A stretch of 63,938 nt of DNA, counting the filler, from Choristocarpus tenellus KU-1152 (taxonomy: Eukaryota > Protista > Phaeophyceae): NCBI GenBank assembly GCA_964200185.2. It is 11 parts of 11 records of this genome, joined end to end, with 100 filler letters (N's around TTAATTAATTAA, not from the genome) between each part and the next. Parts side by side here need not be neighbours in the genome. Positions count along the whole stretch, not along the records: positions 60,947 to 63,938 come from CAXNAD020023079.1; 10 more parts are not named here. One strand, given 5' to 3'. Position 1 is the stretch's first letter, and every line of letters starts with the position of its first letter. Positions 63,849-63,938 of the stretch are shown piece after piece. The notes beneath the pieces were generated by a model. It was not told the origin of the DNA and searched no databases. It saw only the letters and a list, made by a program, of their open reading frames with translations. The translations under genes and the position numbers were made by a program.

Positions 63849-63938
63849 GGCTTGACCCAAAATTGACTGGGATAAAGTGTCGACAATACAAAAAAAAAAC
63901 ATATCGACACTTTATCCCAGTCAATTTTGGGTCAAGCC
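63849..63938. repeat. Perfect 35-bp inverted repeat with 20-nt A-rich spacer (90-bp foldback)
   Basis: GGCTTGACCCAAAATTGACTGGGATAAAGTGTCGA (63849-63883) and its exact reverse complement (63904-63938). Confidence 0.97.

Overview
Eukaryotic nuclear DNA, most consistent with a brown alga or close stramenopile relative (inferred from intron-rich genes, TTAGGG-type repeats, a diatom-like thioredoxin f and a plant/oomycete-type mariner). The window is not one locus. It is 11 contigs joined by artificial 100-nt spacers (44 N + TTAATTAATTAA + 44 N), so adjacency across spacers means nothing. Spliced genes I could rebuild by hand: a HUWE1/UPL1/Tom1-like HECT ligase 5' end head-to-head with ATG8; an F-box protein carrying an XPA-like zinc/DNA-binding domain; a complete 7-exon, ~2,340-aa ARM+ankyrin gene; the 3' end of thioredoxin f; a CCDC81-HU/calcyphosin EF-hand gene (GC-AG intron) head-to-head with ARP4; a complete MOCS2B with a Cys/His-rich tail; and internal exons of SART3/Prp24. 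Mobile DNA: a decayed Ty1/copia element, a mariner transposase pseudogene, copia and gypsy remnants, and two related MITE families with 3-bp TSDs. The most notable unexplained items are (i) an AT-rich patchwork of alphaproteobacterial, Rickettsiales-like groEL and oligopeptidase B fragments abutting a host MITE, (ii) the F-box/XPA-like fusion, and (iii) a hidden, highly degenerate 54-bp (18-codon) periodic array at ~27-29 kb. I found no complete multi-gene novel system. All family assignments come from motif recognition, not database searches.
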